From positions 51,028,001 to 51,092,000 of the forward strand of contig NC_087436.1 in NCBI RefSeq assembly GCF_036321535.1: 64,000 bases of DNA. The letters run 5' to 3'. The DNA comes from Camelus dromedarius (lineage: Eukaryota). The translations under genes were made by a program, and so were the position numbers. Numbering within the stretch: position 1 is the first letter of the stretch; each line of letters opens with the position of its first letter. The notes below the pieces were generated by a model. That model did not search any database and had not been told where the DNA came from. It was given only the letters and a program-made list of their open reading frames with translations. This document shows, in pieces, positions 13,554 through 25,710 of this stretch.

Positions 13554-14166
13554 CTACAAAAAAAGAAAATTTGAATATTTCAATCATTATTATTCCAACA
13601 CTATTAAAATTTTGAACTGAAAACACCTAAAAATTACAGGAACAAAAAATAAGCCAAAAACAAAAATCTGAAAATATTTCACAACAGGATTTTAAAAACA
13701 TGCTCATGAGATCTAGCTGGGTTCTCATGTGTACAGAACTTTCCATGGGGCTGGGCTAAGTTTTTGTGACAAAGGGATTCCAGAAGAATGAGCCAGCTAC
13801 AAAGTCCACAGAGTTAAGGACCTGGTATAACTTGCTTACTGGTGCATCTCCAGGGCCTAGTGTATGTTTATCAGAGTGGATACTTCAATCTTCATTAAAT
13901 GAATAATTTAAAGCTTGGACTCTCTTAGAAATATAAGCGTAAGAATCTAATCCTAGAAATCTATATTTCTTTTATGATGGTAAGTAACTCCTCCTCTAGC
14001 AACTCAGCTTTAAGTCCTGAAAGAAGGAGACAGCAGCCCTGGAACAATTTACAGAAAATCTGAAAATACGACTTACTCCAAGGAGCAGGTAATTGGGCAC
14101 TGAGCTCCCACACTTGTTTTTTTCACATTTACCTACCTAACACAATGTAATCTGGAATTTAGTGGG

Positions 14167-14592
14167 TGTGGTAGGCTGAATAATGGCTCCCCCAAAGACA
14201 TCCACATCCTAATCTCCAAAACCTGTGAATGCTATCTCATGTAGCAAAATGGATTCTGCAAATGTCATGAAGGTAAGAATACAGAGGTGGGGAGAGTAGC
14301 TTGAATTATCCAGTTGTGCCTGGTAAGAGGGATGCAGGAGGTCAAAGTGGGTGGTAGGAGATGTGACAATGGAAGCAAGAGGCTGGAGTGATGGAAGGAT
14401 CACAAGCCAAGGAATGCAGGCGCCTCTGGAAGCTCAAAAAGGAAGAGAAAGCTTTCAGACAGAATGCAGCTCTGCCGACATCTTGATTTTTGACTTCTGA
14501 CCTCCAGATTGTAAGAGAATAAATCAGTGTTTTTTTTATCAAGCTACTAAATTTGTGCTAATTTGTTATAGTAACACCAGAAAACTAACACA
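14167..14592 (+). mobile_element. MLT1D-like MaLR solo LTR
   Basis: tgtggtaggctgaataatggc...gaaaactaacaca with TG..CA ends and a perfect 5-bp TSD gtggg (14162-14166 and 14593-14597). Confidence 0.9.
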
Positions 14593-16049
14593 GTGGGCAA
14601 GCAATATATTTGGATTGAATTATATCCTATCTAGGCAAGTTACTAATAATTACTTTTCCCATGAGAAATGTTTTCCTCCCACTTTGTTCACTTAGGATTT
14701 AAAATTCATTATTTCTGAGTTTGATATTTCTTTCAGCCTCAATAAGTCATCTGTGAAATGTCTGCGGACAGCACAGAAATCAAAACATATTTCATTTTTT
14801 ATAATGTGCTAGTTAGCAAATGTGCTGGAGCTGGTATTAAAAAAAAAAACCAAAGCAATATTTTACTCCTTCTCTTTATTAGTATATTATTGATGTTCTT
14901 GGGTACCTAAGAATCTAGTATGTCTAGCTAAGTCAAGAGTAAGAAACACAGTGTTTAAATAAAGAATGCTTCAGATCCAGTTGCGTGGTATGCAAATTTT
15001 CAATTGAGGAACAATAAATGTGCTCCACTTCAATGGTTAAGAGTAAAGTTCATCTACGCTGTTCACTGTTTGCTGAAAAGGAAATATAGGAATGAAAAAA
15101 CATTATTATAAAAATAGCCCCACCTTACAGAGAGTATTCACCAGTCTCAGAGCAGAAAAGATGACCTGGCAGAAAAAAACCTTTCTTATGGTCCTGCAGG
15201 TGGCTAAAATGAGCGCATACAGGGCAAAAGCTCTGATCTCAGGAGAGACCCACGCTCCCCTTCAGACAAGAAGAGGGAAGCTGTGCTGTGTGCCGCAGCT
15301 GGTACTGTGCATCAGGTCAGGGGTGGAAGGCAAATTCCAGAATACATTAAAACACTGAGGAACTCTCACTCAGGACACGTAAACTTCAGGAAATATATGC
15401 CATTAATCTTGAGATAAGGGAAAAAACAACCTTCAAGGACCTTTCCCTTCAAAAATGGAAATATCAGAACATACCCTACCCCCACTGCTGATGATCACAA
15501 AATGCCCACATAAGAAAAACTTTCGAAATGACTGTTTTTGGCAGCTTTTACTCTTATGTGGCATGAAGGACCATCTCTTGCTGATAGAATTTCCTGTGTG
15601 CAGACAGGAAAGCATGGTTTAAAATCAAGCAGACCAACTGTAATGCTGGTTAGAGTTTGCCTTTAATTGTTAGAGATAGTACATTAAAAGCGAAAGGTAA
15701 AACACAGGTTTTTGATAATGTGAGTAGCTAAATGTCTTTAATGCTGTAATCAAAGAAAATGTTCCCAGATTTATCCTATTTCACCATTTGTACACTAAAA
15801 TTCAAAAGGAACATCTTAATGTGAAAAGCAATGCATACTCATTCTTTCTGAATCAATCAGAATGTTATCAAGGGTAATGAATGCTATATAAAGTCAATTT
15901 TATTTAAAGAAGCAATACTAGATCCCTTAAAAAGCATTTCACCTCTGGTTTTCTGACTGATTCTTTGCATGTATAAACTTGGAAAATCCATTTTTTAGGT
16001 GTTGCTGTTAAAGTTTAAGTGTGAAATGATTACAAACCTTGGACCAGGT

Positions 16050-16385
16050 TGCCCTGGTAGCTTAGTGTTCCCTTTCCTCGTCTAGCCTAGCAAACTGTGT
16101 CTTCTAAATCTCAGTTTATATAGACTTTCTTTGGAAAGTACTCCATAACCCAGCTCTTTATCCCAGGCGGCACGGGGTGATCCCTCTCAACGTTTCTGTC
16201 CCATTCTGTGCAGACTCCTACTGCAGCACGTATCAGCGTATGGAAACTGTTTATGTCTTTGTCCCTCATACTAGAATAGCAGCTTCCTGAGATTAGGGTC
16301 TATGTGCCACTCATTTTTGTACCCCTCCTTAGCCAATGTTCTGGTACATAGTAATGCCTCAATAAATAGCTGATGAATGAATAAA
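16050..16385 (+). mobile_element. L2 3' end remnant
   Basis: ...agcttcctgagattagggtctatg...tggtacatagtaatgcctcaataaatagctgatgaatgaat is a typical L2 tail. Confidence 0.7.
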
Positions 16386-16942
16386 TCTCAGTATTTTAAA
16401 TACTTCTTGATATTTAATATTGCCATTGTAATTACCTTAGAATCTGAAAATTGCTTTCAAATGGTTCAATTTATATATATACATATGTATATTTATATAA
16501 ATCTTTTATATATATAAATATATATAAATCTCTCTCCCCCCTCACCTTTCCCCCTCTCCTCCTGCTCCTCTCCTCCATATATTTAAACCAATAAAGATCT
16601 GTTGAACTTTCAACATTTCTATAGGCTTGAAATCATTTAAAGTAAAAAGTTACGAGAAAAAGAAAACAAGGACACTGGTTATCACTTCATAACTGTTCAT
16701 ACAATTATACTGAACACTTTTATTCTCCCAAAACACAGTCGTTGACCATTAAATCTTTTCAACATCCCTGTGGGTGTGGCACTAGCATTTCTATTTCACA
16801 AATGGAAAAGTGAGGATCTGGGGGGCTAAGTGATTCCTCAGGTTTTAAGAACAGCCAGCACTTGCATAAGGATCTTTGAATTCTAAGTCCTTTTTACTAT
16901 ACAAACCTGGCTCCTCACTAGATGAGTTTTAAGTAAATACTT

Positions 16943-17389
16943 CATGTTCCCCCTAAAAATGGTATATTCAAGTCCTGATCCCTAATACCTGTGAATGTGA
17001 CTTTACTTAGAAATAGGGTCTCTGCAGATGTAATCAAGTTAAGATGAGGTCATAATGAAGAGTGGGCCCTGCATCCAATAGCTGGTACCTTTATGCGAGA
17101 AAAGAGGGAGATGTGGATACAGAGACAGAAAGGAGACACAGGGAAGAAGGCCACTGTGCCAGCATGATGTAGCAACAAGCCAAGAAACGCCAAGGGCTGG
17201 CAGTAACCACCAGAAGCTAGGGAAGAGGCACAGAAGAGATTCTCCTTCAGAACTTCCAGAGGTAACCCACCCTGCCATCATCCTGATTTTGGACTTCTAG
17301 CCTCCAGAACTCAGAAAGAACACATCTCCGTTGTTTTAAGCCACCTAGTTTGTGGTAATTTGTCACAGCAGCCCTTGGACACTAATACA
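16943..17389 (+). mobile_element. MLT1C-like MaLR LTR
   Basis: tacctgtgaatgtgacttta...gcagatgtaatcaagttaagatgaggtcata...ttttaagccacctagtttgtggtaatttgtcacagcagcc...actaataca. Confidence 0.85.
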
Positions 17390-17631
17390 GTCATTGTCAC
17401 TTGACCTGTAGCATACATAATTTTTATGCAACAATGTATGTGATAGCAGGTGCAAGCTACTTGCTTTACATGGCATGTCCCCTCTGACCTTATACGTGGG
17501 GATATGAAAAACAATTTAAGAGAAAATTTTACTAACTTTAGAGTTTTCCTGATGGTTACTGTTGTTCCCTCTGTATATTATAAAACATGAATACATTTAC
17601 AAAAAAGTATCAGTGAGATTATAATACTTAC

Positions 17632-17670
17632 TTGTTCATGCCCTCCCAAATACGGGTCGTCTTCTGCCAT
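17632..17670 (-). CDS. NFKB1: NFKB1 exon 2 coding part (whole exon 17632-17677, 7 nt of UTR); encodes MAEDDPYLGGHEQ
   Basis: Acceptor ttcttttgctgtacag|CTCCAGG-ATG-G with strong Kozak context (A at -3, G at +4); donor CAA|GTAAGT; 39 coding nt, phase 0; the peptide matches the p105 N-terminus. Confidence 0.97.
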
Positions 17671-18647
17671 CCTGGAGCTGTACAGCAAAAGAACACAAAA
17701 CCAAACTGTAACTCTGGAGTGAACCTTGAAAGTCCCACCATGCAGGGGTAAACTGTGTTATTCCAGTAAGACCAAACTGAACCCTTTTTAAAAGACCTTA
17801 CGAGGAGGATTTGGTATAGTTCCTCTTTGGAATCTGAATCTAACAGCAGAAAGATTGCATAATCAAGGAATTACCACTCACGTATAACCCAAAACCCTTA
17901 CGTCAATCTCCCAACAGTGTCCTGGAGTTTGGTACAACTAGCCTTCATCCTCTGTATAAAAATCACGCATATTTGATTCTTAGAGGTGATTTCTTTTTGT
18001 CACCATCTAGACTTCAACGATTCATTTAGCTTAGCTCCTTGTGGGCATTATTTTCCAACCCTTCCTGAATTCTGTGATGGTCCAAGAGCTGTCTCCCCAC
18101 TTTTGAGCTGGAAGCTCAGAAGGGGTCATTCTGCTGTCAGAGGGCCTGGTCAGTGCTTTGCCTAGCACAAGGGGAGGATGGCTCTCATGCTCCATCCTCT
18201 AGACCATTCTGCTGCAGCAGGCTAGTTCCTACCATTGTCAGAGTGGGTACAGAAACACTGTCATATGAAACATGCACTCAGAAGACACAAAAATAAAGGC
18301 CCTTATTATCAAAGCTACAGTCTCAGATTCACCCGACCTCAGCCAGATACTAATACATCACAGGTCCTAGCAAGCTTCTGTTATCCAGAGGCCCTGAGAA
18401 AAGTGAAGAACCACGTGGCCAGATAAAAACAGTACCTAAAATCACATATGATTTTGGATTTACCCCTACTTTAAGAAAGCTTTATATGTATAGGTTAATT
18501 TTAGTTAAGTTTACTTTGATCAAATTTTGGATATGTTGCCTGAAAAATTAGAAGATAAAAAAACAAGGCTGAGAGCAAATATTAATTCCTGAGGCCAATT
18601 TTTATTTCTTTCTCTTATAAAGTCTACAAAGGGACTGGGGCTGAGAA

Positions 18648-19045
18648 TGTTGCTGTCCACCAAAATCTCTTATCTCCTGTCCCACAGTAATAGCACTATA
18701 GCTGGAAACATGACGGCTCAGCTGGAGTATATCCCACACTTCTGTGGTGTGAGGGATGGCCATTTGATGAAATGCTTGCCAGTGGGATGTCAGAACTACT
18801 GTGCACCACTTTCGGGTCTGGGATAAGGTCCTTGGCATGCTTCCTCCATGTTTCTGCTTCTTCTCTTTCCCGCTGTATGAAACCTAGACATGGAGAAGAC
18901 CTACCTGGCTTCTGCCACCTACTGGATGATGAATGGCAGCTAATATTGATGTCACTTGCTTTACATGGCATGTGAGAAAGAAAGCAACTTCAGTGTATTG
19001 CTGGGTCTCTTTGCTAGAACAATTTAGCCCTCACTCTAATGGACA
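18648..19045 (+). mobile_element. Old MLT1-family MaLR LTR (subfamily uncertain)
   Basis: Degenerate MLT1 features (ggatggccat..., tgtgagaaagaaagcaacttc...gggtctctttgctag). Confidence 0.5.
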
Positions 19046-19899
19046 CGTCACTTAACACTCCAAAAAGAGTAAAATTCTCCAAAGAGGATTTTGATTTCCA
19101 ATGAAAGCCTCTCCTGCTAGAGCCCCCTGTGACCGGTGAGGGTGAGAAAGGACCATGAGGGTTCCTAGTGGGATGCAGAGCCCAACTTCAACAAAAGGGG
19201 AAAGGGCAGCGCTGAGTCTTACGTGAACAAGAACTCCCTGCAGATTCGCAAGAAAATATTTGTCTAAAATAAGTAGCTACTGAGCGAAGACTTACAAACA
19301 GCTGTAATGAATTAAGACAAACAGTTAAAAAAAAAAAAAAGGAATATTGGCCTGATACAGTGAAGAAGAATCAAGTCATTTGAAATTCAAGAGTTCTGCC
19401 TTTGGATTTACGACTAACTCGCTGTGGCTTCTGTTTCCTCATCTGCAAAGTGAGAGATTTTGACTGGATGGAGCTTTAAAAGGAATAGAATTTTGTTGAG
19501 TTCAGAATGTTAGTTAGCTGATAAATGCTTATTCAAGAACAAATCACCTAAATCGTAACTCTTTCTGTAAACTTGGATTTTATATGGACTTAGGTATATA
19601 TCCATATTAAATAATTTCAGTTATATGAAGAATACTAGTAGATAGTGTCACACTGAAATACAGCGCTAATACCAGCCACAACACTCCATGTGAAAAATTC
19701 TTAATCTTAGAATACCACAGGAGCCCCAAAGAAAAATATTATGACTTTTTCTTTTTTTGCCTTGAGGCCTTTCCATTAATGCAGGGTGATCACCCAAATC
19801 TTCTCAATCTTAGTCCACAGCCTTCAGAAGTGGAGGTGAGACTTAGGCCACAATCTCAAAAAATGGACAGAACCCATTCAGTACCTTTTACACTGATTT

Positions 19900-19914
19900 T
19901 ATATATACATACAT

Positions 19915-19949
<35 letters not shown>

Positions 19950-19980
19950 TCACATACATATGCACAGGCATATATATGTA
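19900..19980. repeat. Compound (TACA)n(CA)n microsatellite
   Basis: Read directly from the sequence. Confidence 0.9.
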
Positions 19981-21179
19981 AAACCTGTGGATGGTTTTCT
20001 GACCTTTGAATGTATGAATTTAATATAAAGTGGCCCTGGCTCTAACTTTAAAACCTCAACTAAATCTACTTTATTAGAACTGATGCATGGTTATTATCAT
20101 GATCACTACGCAGTGAAAATCTTAATGAAGAGCTCTAAATTGCAGGCACTGGACAAAACACCTCATTAAACACACTCCTCCCTCCAATATCTTCCCTATG
20201 ATTTATGGACAGATGTGTGCCAAAAGATCATAGTTTTAAAAGCCGAATGACAGCCCAAGAGATACGAGGTGATTGTTAAAATCTGAAAGCCGAGAGTGAT
20301 GTCAATGTTAATTCATAATTTAAAAATAAAATGTCAAATGAAACCAAGAATTATTTGGAAACGATGAATCACTGAGTAATATTTGCATTAATTGTACAAG
20401 CAGGTTTTATTTCAAGATTTTGAAATACCAACTAAGCCTTTGGAACTGAAGGATTAAGAAAGACCAGGGAAAGCCCCTACTGCCCCCCTGCTCCCCCAGC
20501 CCTTCCCTTCACTTTCCTTTTGCACATAGTGCTGTGCTTTTGAGGAAGGATCTTGAAACAGAAAAGGAAGATACTGGGTTGACCAGTAAGAAGATGGGCC
20601 TAAGCTCTGCATCTCTCTCCCCTAACAGTGAGGCTTTCAGAAAAAATTTCACACCATGGAAAGGGAAATAGATTGTGTAGCTAGCTAGCAATAAATAAAA
20701 CATCTCCCTCAGTGAACCATCTGTATTTTTTTTCACATGAGACACATAGTATAACCAGCTAAGTTCTGAATAATTTGATGAGTTCTACATGAAATACCTA
20801 ATGGATTATTTTCTGCACATCTGTGACAATTCCACCACTGACGTCAAAGGCCAGCACAGAGAGTTCTTAGTGAAGGCTGCAAGGCCAAGCCACCAGGTTG
20901 GACCACTGAGGTTGGAGTTGGTGGCAATCCCCTCCTTGTAACGGGGAAAATTTTCTAGGACCAGATATATTCACACATCTTGACCCCACTGTAAGAAAAT
21001 ACATGCTATTAGATTTCGTTAAAAAATAACTTTTCAAACCCATTAAAATGATTTCATGACCTACTAATGGGTCATAGCCTGCAGTCTGAAAAACAGAATT
21101 TTAGGTGCCATCCATAGGATGCAGCTGGGAATCAGAGAAACAAAGTGTTTTCATTTTCAAGTTTATTTTCAGCCACAAC

Positions 21180-21700
21180 AGACATCACTTGGATGTAATT
21201 TTAATACCTCATCTTGGATGAAATCACAAGAGAAAGAGTAACTTACCACCATTTCTTTTTCTGTTGGATAATAAATTAATAGAGAGAAAGAATATGCTGG
21301 AGTCTCCTTCCATAGAGGAATTTTTGGAGGAAACGTGCTATAAGGTAGATGTAAATGTGTATTATATATAATGTGAAACATTCAAATAAGAATGTCTTTT
21401 GACTCTGCAATTCCACTTTCAAGGAATCGGTATAAAGAATTATATGAGAAAGTGTGCAAAAAAAAATAAGTACAAGGATATTCACTGCAGCAAAAAACTG
21501 GAAACAATCTAAATGTCCTTTGACAGGAGATTGTTTAATTATGCTACTTTCATACAGTTTCGTTGTAAAACTGTAAAAAATAATAATTCAGATCCACATA
21601 TAGCAACATGGAGATTTTTACTCCCTAAGTTATAAATGTCTACGTTTTCATATTCTAACTTAATTATGTAATTGGAAATACATATATTTTAATAGAAAAA
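21180..21700 (+). mobile_element. Ancient L1ME-like 3' remnant
   Basis: tttgactctgcaattccacttt...tacaaggatattcactgcagc...aaactggaaacaatctaaatgtcc. Confidence 0.6.
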
Positions 21701-22409
21701 AGAGAAAAATCAAACCCTGCCCTGAATTTAAAGTTTAACTATGACATCTTTAATAATTAATGATGTACGGTGACTAAAACATGAAGCATGAATGATTCAA
21801 AAGTTTCTAAAGCACCACTGGAGTCCTCTTCATAATAAATAGAAAAAACTTGACTTTGAAGGGGCTGTTTACTTACATTTTTCTGATGATATATTGACTT
21901 AGTGATGATGAAAGAAAAGCTAATGGTGAGTTTAGTTACTTTTCTCAGAATAGTTGATTTTTTAAAAAGTTTTTAAAAAAGAACAAATATTTGTGTCCTA
22001 CTACATTTAGATTTGTATAAACTCATTTTCAATGTTTTCCCAGTCCTTCATCCATTTTCACCTCCCTATTGTTTGATTTGGGTGCAATGTGACAAATTAA
22101 CACGTAGAATAGCTACCTAGTAAGTACAAATACATTGTGCTTAAAGCTGTTCACAAGGGAATGTCAATCTAATACAACATTCAGCTGTTACTGCACGCAA
22201 AACTTACTTGCACAGTTCGTGATATATAGCAAATGCCAGCCCTTTCGTAAGCTAGCACAGTAACAAATATGTTTATAATAAATTATGGGACTAACAGGCA
22301 GTCAAAGTTTTAGGCACTCTGAGAAGAATCAAGTATTTTCCTTTCTTTCCAATCCCACACTTATGGGTACACTGCCACAACTCCCTCCCTACCATTACCA
22401 CTGCTGAAT

Positions 22410-22607
22410 AAAATGCATTTTGCCTCCAGAAACATTTGGCAATGTCTGGAGACATTTTTATCTGTCACAACTGGCTGGTGGTCCTACTGGCATCTAGTGT
22501 GTAAAGGTTAGAGATGTTGCTAAACATCCTATAAAGCAAGGACAGCCCCTCACATTAAAGAAATATCTGAACCCAAATGTCAACAGTGCCAAGGACGAGA
22601 AACCCAG
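22410..22607 (+). mobile_element. MER20 (hAT-Charlie)
   Basis: acatttggcaatgtctggagacatttt...tgtcacaactgg...ctactggcatctagtg...tgctaaacatccta...caaatgtcaacagtgccaagg..gagaaacc. Confidence 0.88.
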
Positions 22608-23354
22608 ATGTGCACCACCACGTCCTGACAGTGCATTGGCTCACATGTACAAGGAGCTAAACTTCACTGACCACCTCCCATGAGTCAGGAATTAGAGCGA
22701 GTTCTTCACATACTTCATTTACTTTCTCAATGACCCCGAGAAATACTGTCCCAGATGAGAGCACTGAGGTTAGAGAGAGGAAGCCATTCATTCAGGTTGA
22801 CAGAGTGATGCTGGCTAATCATTCAATCACGTGTCTAAGATGAGAAGTGATTGTCCTCCTGGGCACACAGCTTTATTTTCATACAGCATCTTTGCTCCAG
22901 GTCTCCTGAATGTTCAGGTTGGAGGTAGTCTACCCACAACACAGCCTGAAAAGCGGAATAGGACTGTGACAATACACAAAACTTAACTGAGTTCTTCCTA
23001 AGACAATCCAAAGTGAAGGTAAAAAATAACAAACAGTATTAATGCAAGTGGTAGCTGCTTTTTGTTTTGCTTTGTTTTAAATGCTTCCTTTGATCAGGTT
23101 CATAGGATAGAAGGAGAATAAAGAGATCCTCTCTGAAACATGCCCAAAGAAAACACCATACTCACTAACGGTATGATAAAAGTACATAGCATATATTCAA
23201 AATTAAGGTTTATTGAAATGCTCCTTGAGTGCTTTCCTCCCTTCATTAATCTAGTCATTCATTGAAAAAATATTTAGGCCTACTATGCGTCAGTTCCCAA
23301 AGACATCAAAGAACACAAGAGTGGTGCAGCACCCGTACTCACAAAGCCAACAGT

Positions 23355-23778
23355 TGTGGCAGACTGAAAGTAATGGCCAAAAATGCTTTGCAACTCCACC
23401 TGACAGAAGGAGAAACCCGTTTCTCCATCCCTTGACTCTTCACAGGCCTGTAACTTACTCTGACCCACAGAGTGTGAGTTTTACATGCAGACTTCAAGAG
23501 GCCTTGCAATGACCGTTCTGCTCTCTTGGAACACAGGTGCCATGTGAACAAGCCTGGGCTAGCTCCCAGGGGATGAGAGACCAGGTGGAGCAGAGAGGGG
23601 AAATCGCAGCTGAGGGTCCCCTGGACCAAACAGCACCAGCTGAGTGCAGAGACTTAAGAGAGCCTCAGAGCCAGCCCAGGTGGCCTCAATAGCCTACCAA
23701 ATTGGGAGAAATAATCAATGTTTGCATTTTAATTAGCTGTGTGGTGATTTTTTTATGTAGCAAAAGCTGACTGATGTA
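23355..23778 (+). mobile_element. MLT1H-like MaLR LTR
   Basis: tgtggcagactg...ccatgtgaacaagcctgggctagc...atgtagcaaaagctgactgat; 5-bp TSD acagt (23350-23354 and 23779-23783). Confidence 0.8.
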
Positions 23779-24139
23779 ACAGTTTAGTAATCAGGAAGAC
23801 AGGCAAAAGCAATGCCACATATGTGTCACGGGGAATGGAGGGTGTGTGGGCCGTGGGTTAGACACCTTGGTAATTCAGTAATTACACTTTCTTTGTTAGG
23901 GTCCTATTCAGATCAGCCTTTGTACTCATTTTTACTTTATTGGCCTATTCAGTTTCCAGCTGAACAAAAGAAAACAAGCATGCTGGGCAAAACCACTGTG
24001 GTACAAACAGAAATAAAATTAGTACTGTTAAAACCTTCAGAATGTCAGTATTAATAAACTGCTGCTAGCTTTAAGCAGTGATACCATTATGCAACAGGTA
24101 AGTAATGTGTTTAATCCTTTTGGCTCTAATATCTAAAAC

Positions 24140-24800
24140 CAAGTTCATCATTCCTGCAGCCATGGGCCCCATTCCTGACTTTCCAGTTTCTGCCAATATA
24201 TCATTCTCTCATGTACTCAGGGTCAAAAATTCAGTCACCTTTTTCTCCTTTTTCCTCTGCTCATCTCACACAGATCCAGTCAATAATCAATTTCTGCTGA
24301 TTTTTCTCTGTATTATTTCTTGTATCTGCTCCTCCTTTCCACTTTCCTTTCGCTGTTACACCCCAGTTAAACCTTCACTGCCTCCCCTTTAGACCGACAA
24401 TAGCCTCCATACTGCTCTCTCTTACTGTAGTATTTCTTCTTCATTAAGCATCTTTCACATTATTGTCATATTACTTACAAAAGTCAAAAGCTCTTAACTA
24501 TTTAGCATATTATATTAAAAGCCTCACCTGAATAGGTGCTTCATGTTTAATAGGTGAGGCTTATAATATAGTATGCTGAGTGGTTGAGGGCTTTTGATTG
24601 TATCTTAATACTACATCCTAACCAAAACCTTCTTCTCTAGGCATACTGATCATTCAGAAATGCTGTGCTCATTTCCATCTTGTACTTAAATATTACCAAG
24701 TCCTCAAGCCTCTCCTCAAATCCAATCTCTACCAAGAAATCCTGTTATTTCCCCTGTAACCCACAGCTCTGTAATCCAAACAACGGCTATAACACTTCTG
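24140..24800 (+). mobile_element. L2 remnant containing an internal fold-back
   Basis: Pyrimidine-rich L2-like text (cctgactttccagtttctg...atccagtcaataatcaatttctgctgatt...caatagcctccatactg). Confidence 0.55.
24484..24597. repeat. Inverted repeat with 46-bp arms and a 22-nt spacer
   Basis: 24484-24529 aligns without gaps to the reverse complement of 24552-24597 at 39 of 46 positions. Confidence 0.95.
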
Positions 24801-25676
24801 TGTACTGATGATTTTATACTTGACAACATACTGTTCCACCGTAATTTAACCTCATATATTTACCAGCTTTTAAAGTGGATATAGATGCCTAAAAAGTAGA
24901 TACGAGAGTTCTACTTCTTTATATTGCCAAGTTAGTAAATAAGCACTTTTTAAAAATTAATAACGCATTAACAGTAAGAAACATTGCAATTCCAGATTTG
25001 CCAAAATGTGGACTTTTGGTTTCAGTCATGATAGAGTAACAATTATTAAATGTGCTCCCTTGCCAGACCCAAATGTAAAACTATACAAAATACTTGAAGC
25101 AATTATTTAAGACACTGGACAAGAGACAGTATAAGGCTGTACACCGTAAGAGAACGGAAACACTGGAGGCGTGTTCCAAAATTGCTTTTTGACTGAGGGC
25201 ATACTCCAAACTATGACACAAGGGAGTAAAGCCCAAAAAGAAAGCAGCAATCTCACTGGGGAGAGTATCAGAAAGGCAGGACATACATGGAGAAAGAGGC
25301 TCATAAATCTGCACAGGGGTCACTTCTAGGCATTGGCTAAATACTAAGCTGCGCTAGTATAGGACAAAGAGAATGGCTGCTGGGGATCCAGATGCTGATT
25401 TGAGATTCCAGAAGTTCCTGGAACTTCTGAGAGACACTGAAGTTCCAACCATCTAGGGTGAAGAGACGACACTTAACAATCTGAACATTCAGTTGTGCTC
25501 CCATTAAGACCACGCAGTGGGAGTAAGGGACATACCCTAGGGTTAAGGGCTACTCTAAACTCATCTTAATAAAACCAGGTGATCCACAAGTAAATTCATT
25601 GACTGTTACAACAAAACTCCAGAGTTTTTAAAGGAAGACAAAAATCGATACTCTGCCATGTGGTACCCACAATGTA

Positions 25677-25677
25677 T

Positions 25678-25709
<32 letters not shown>

Positions 25710-25710
25710 A
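25677..25710. repeat. (AAC)n microsatellite
   Basis: Read directly from the sequence. Confidence 0.9.

Noticed and set aside
9611..17737. GGGACTTTC(T/A) near-kB motifs near 9611, 10717 and 17728
   Set aside because: Each misses the terminal C of the consensus, and such 9-mers are not distinguishable from chance without binding data.
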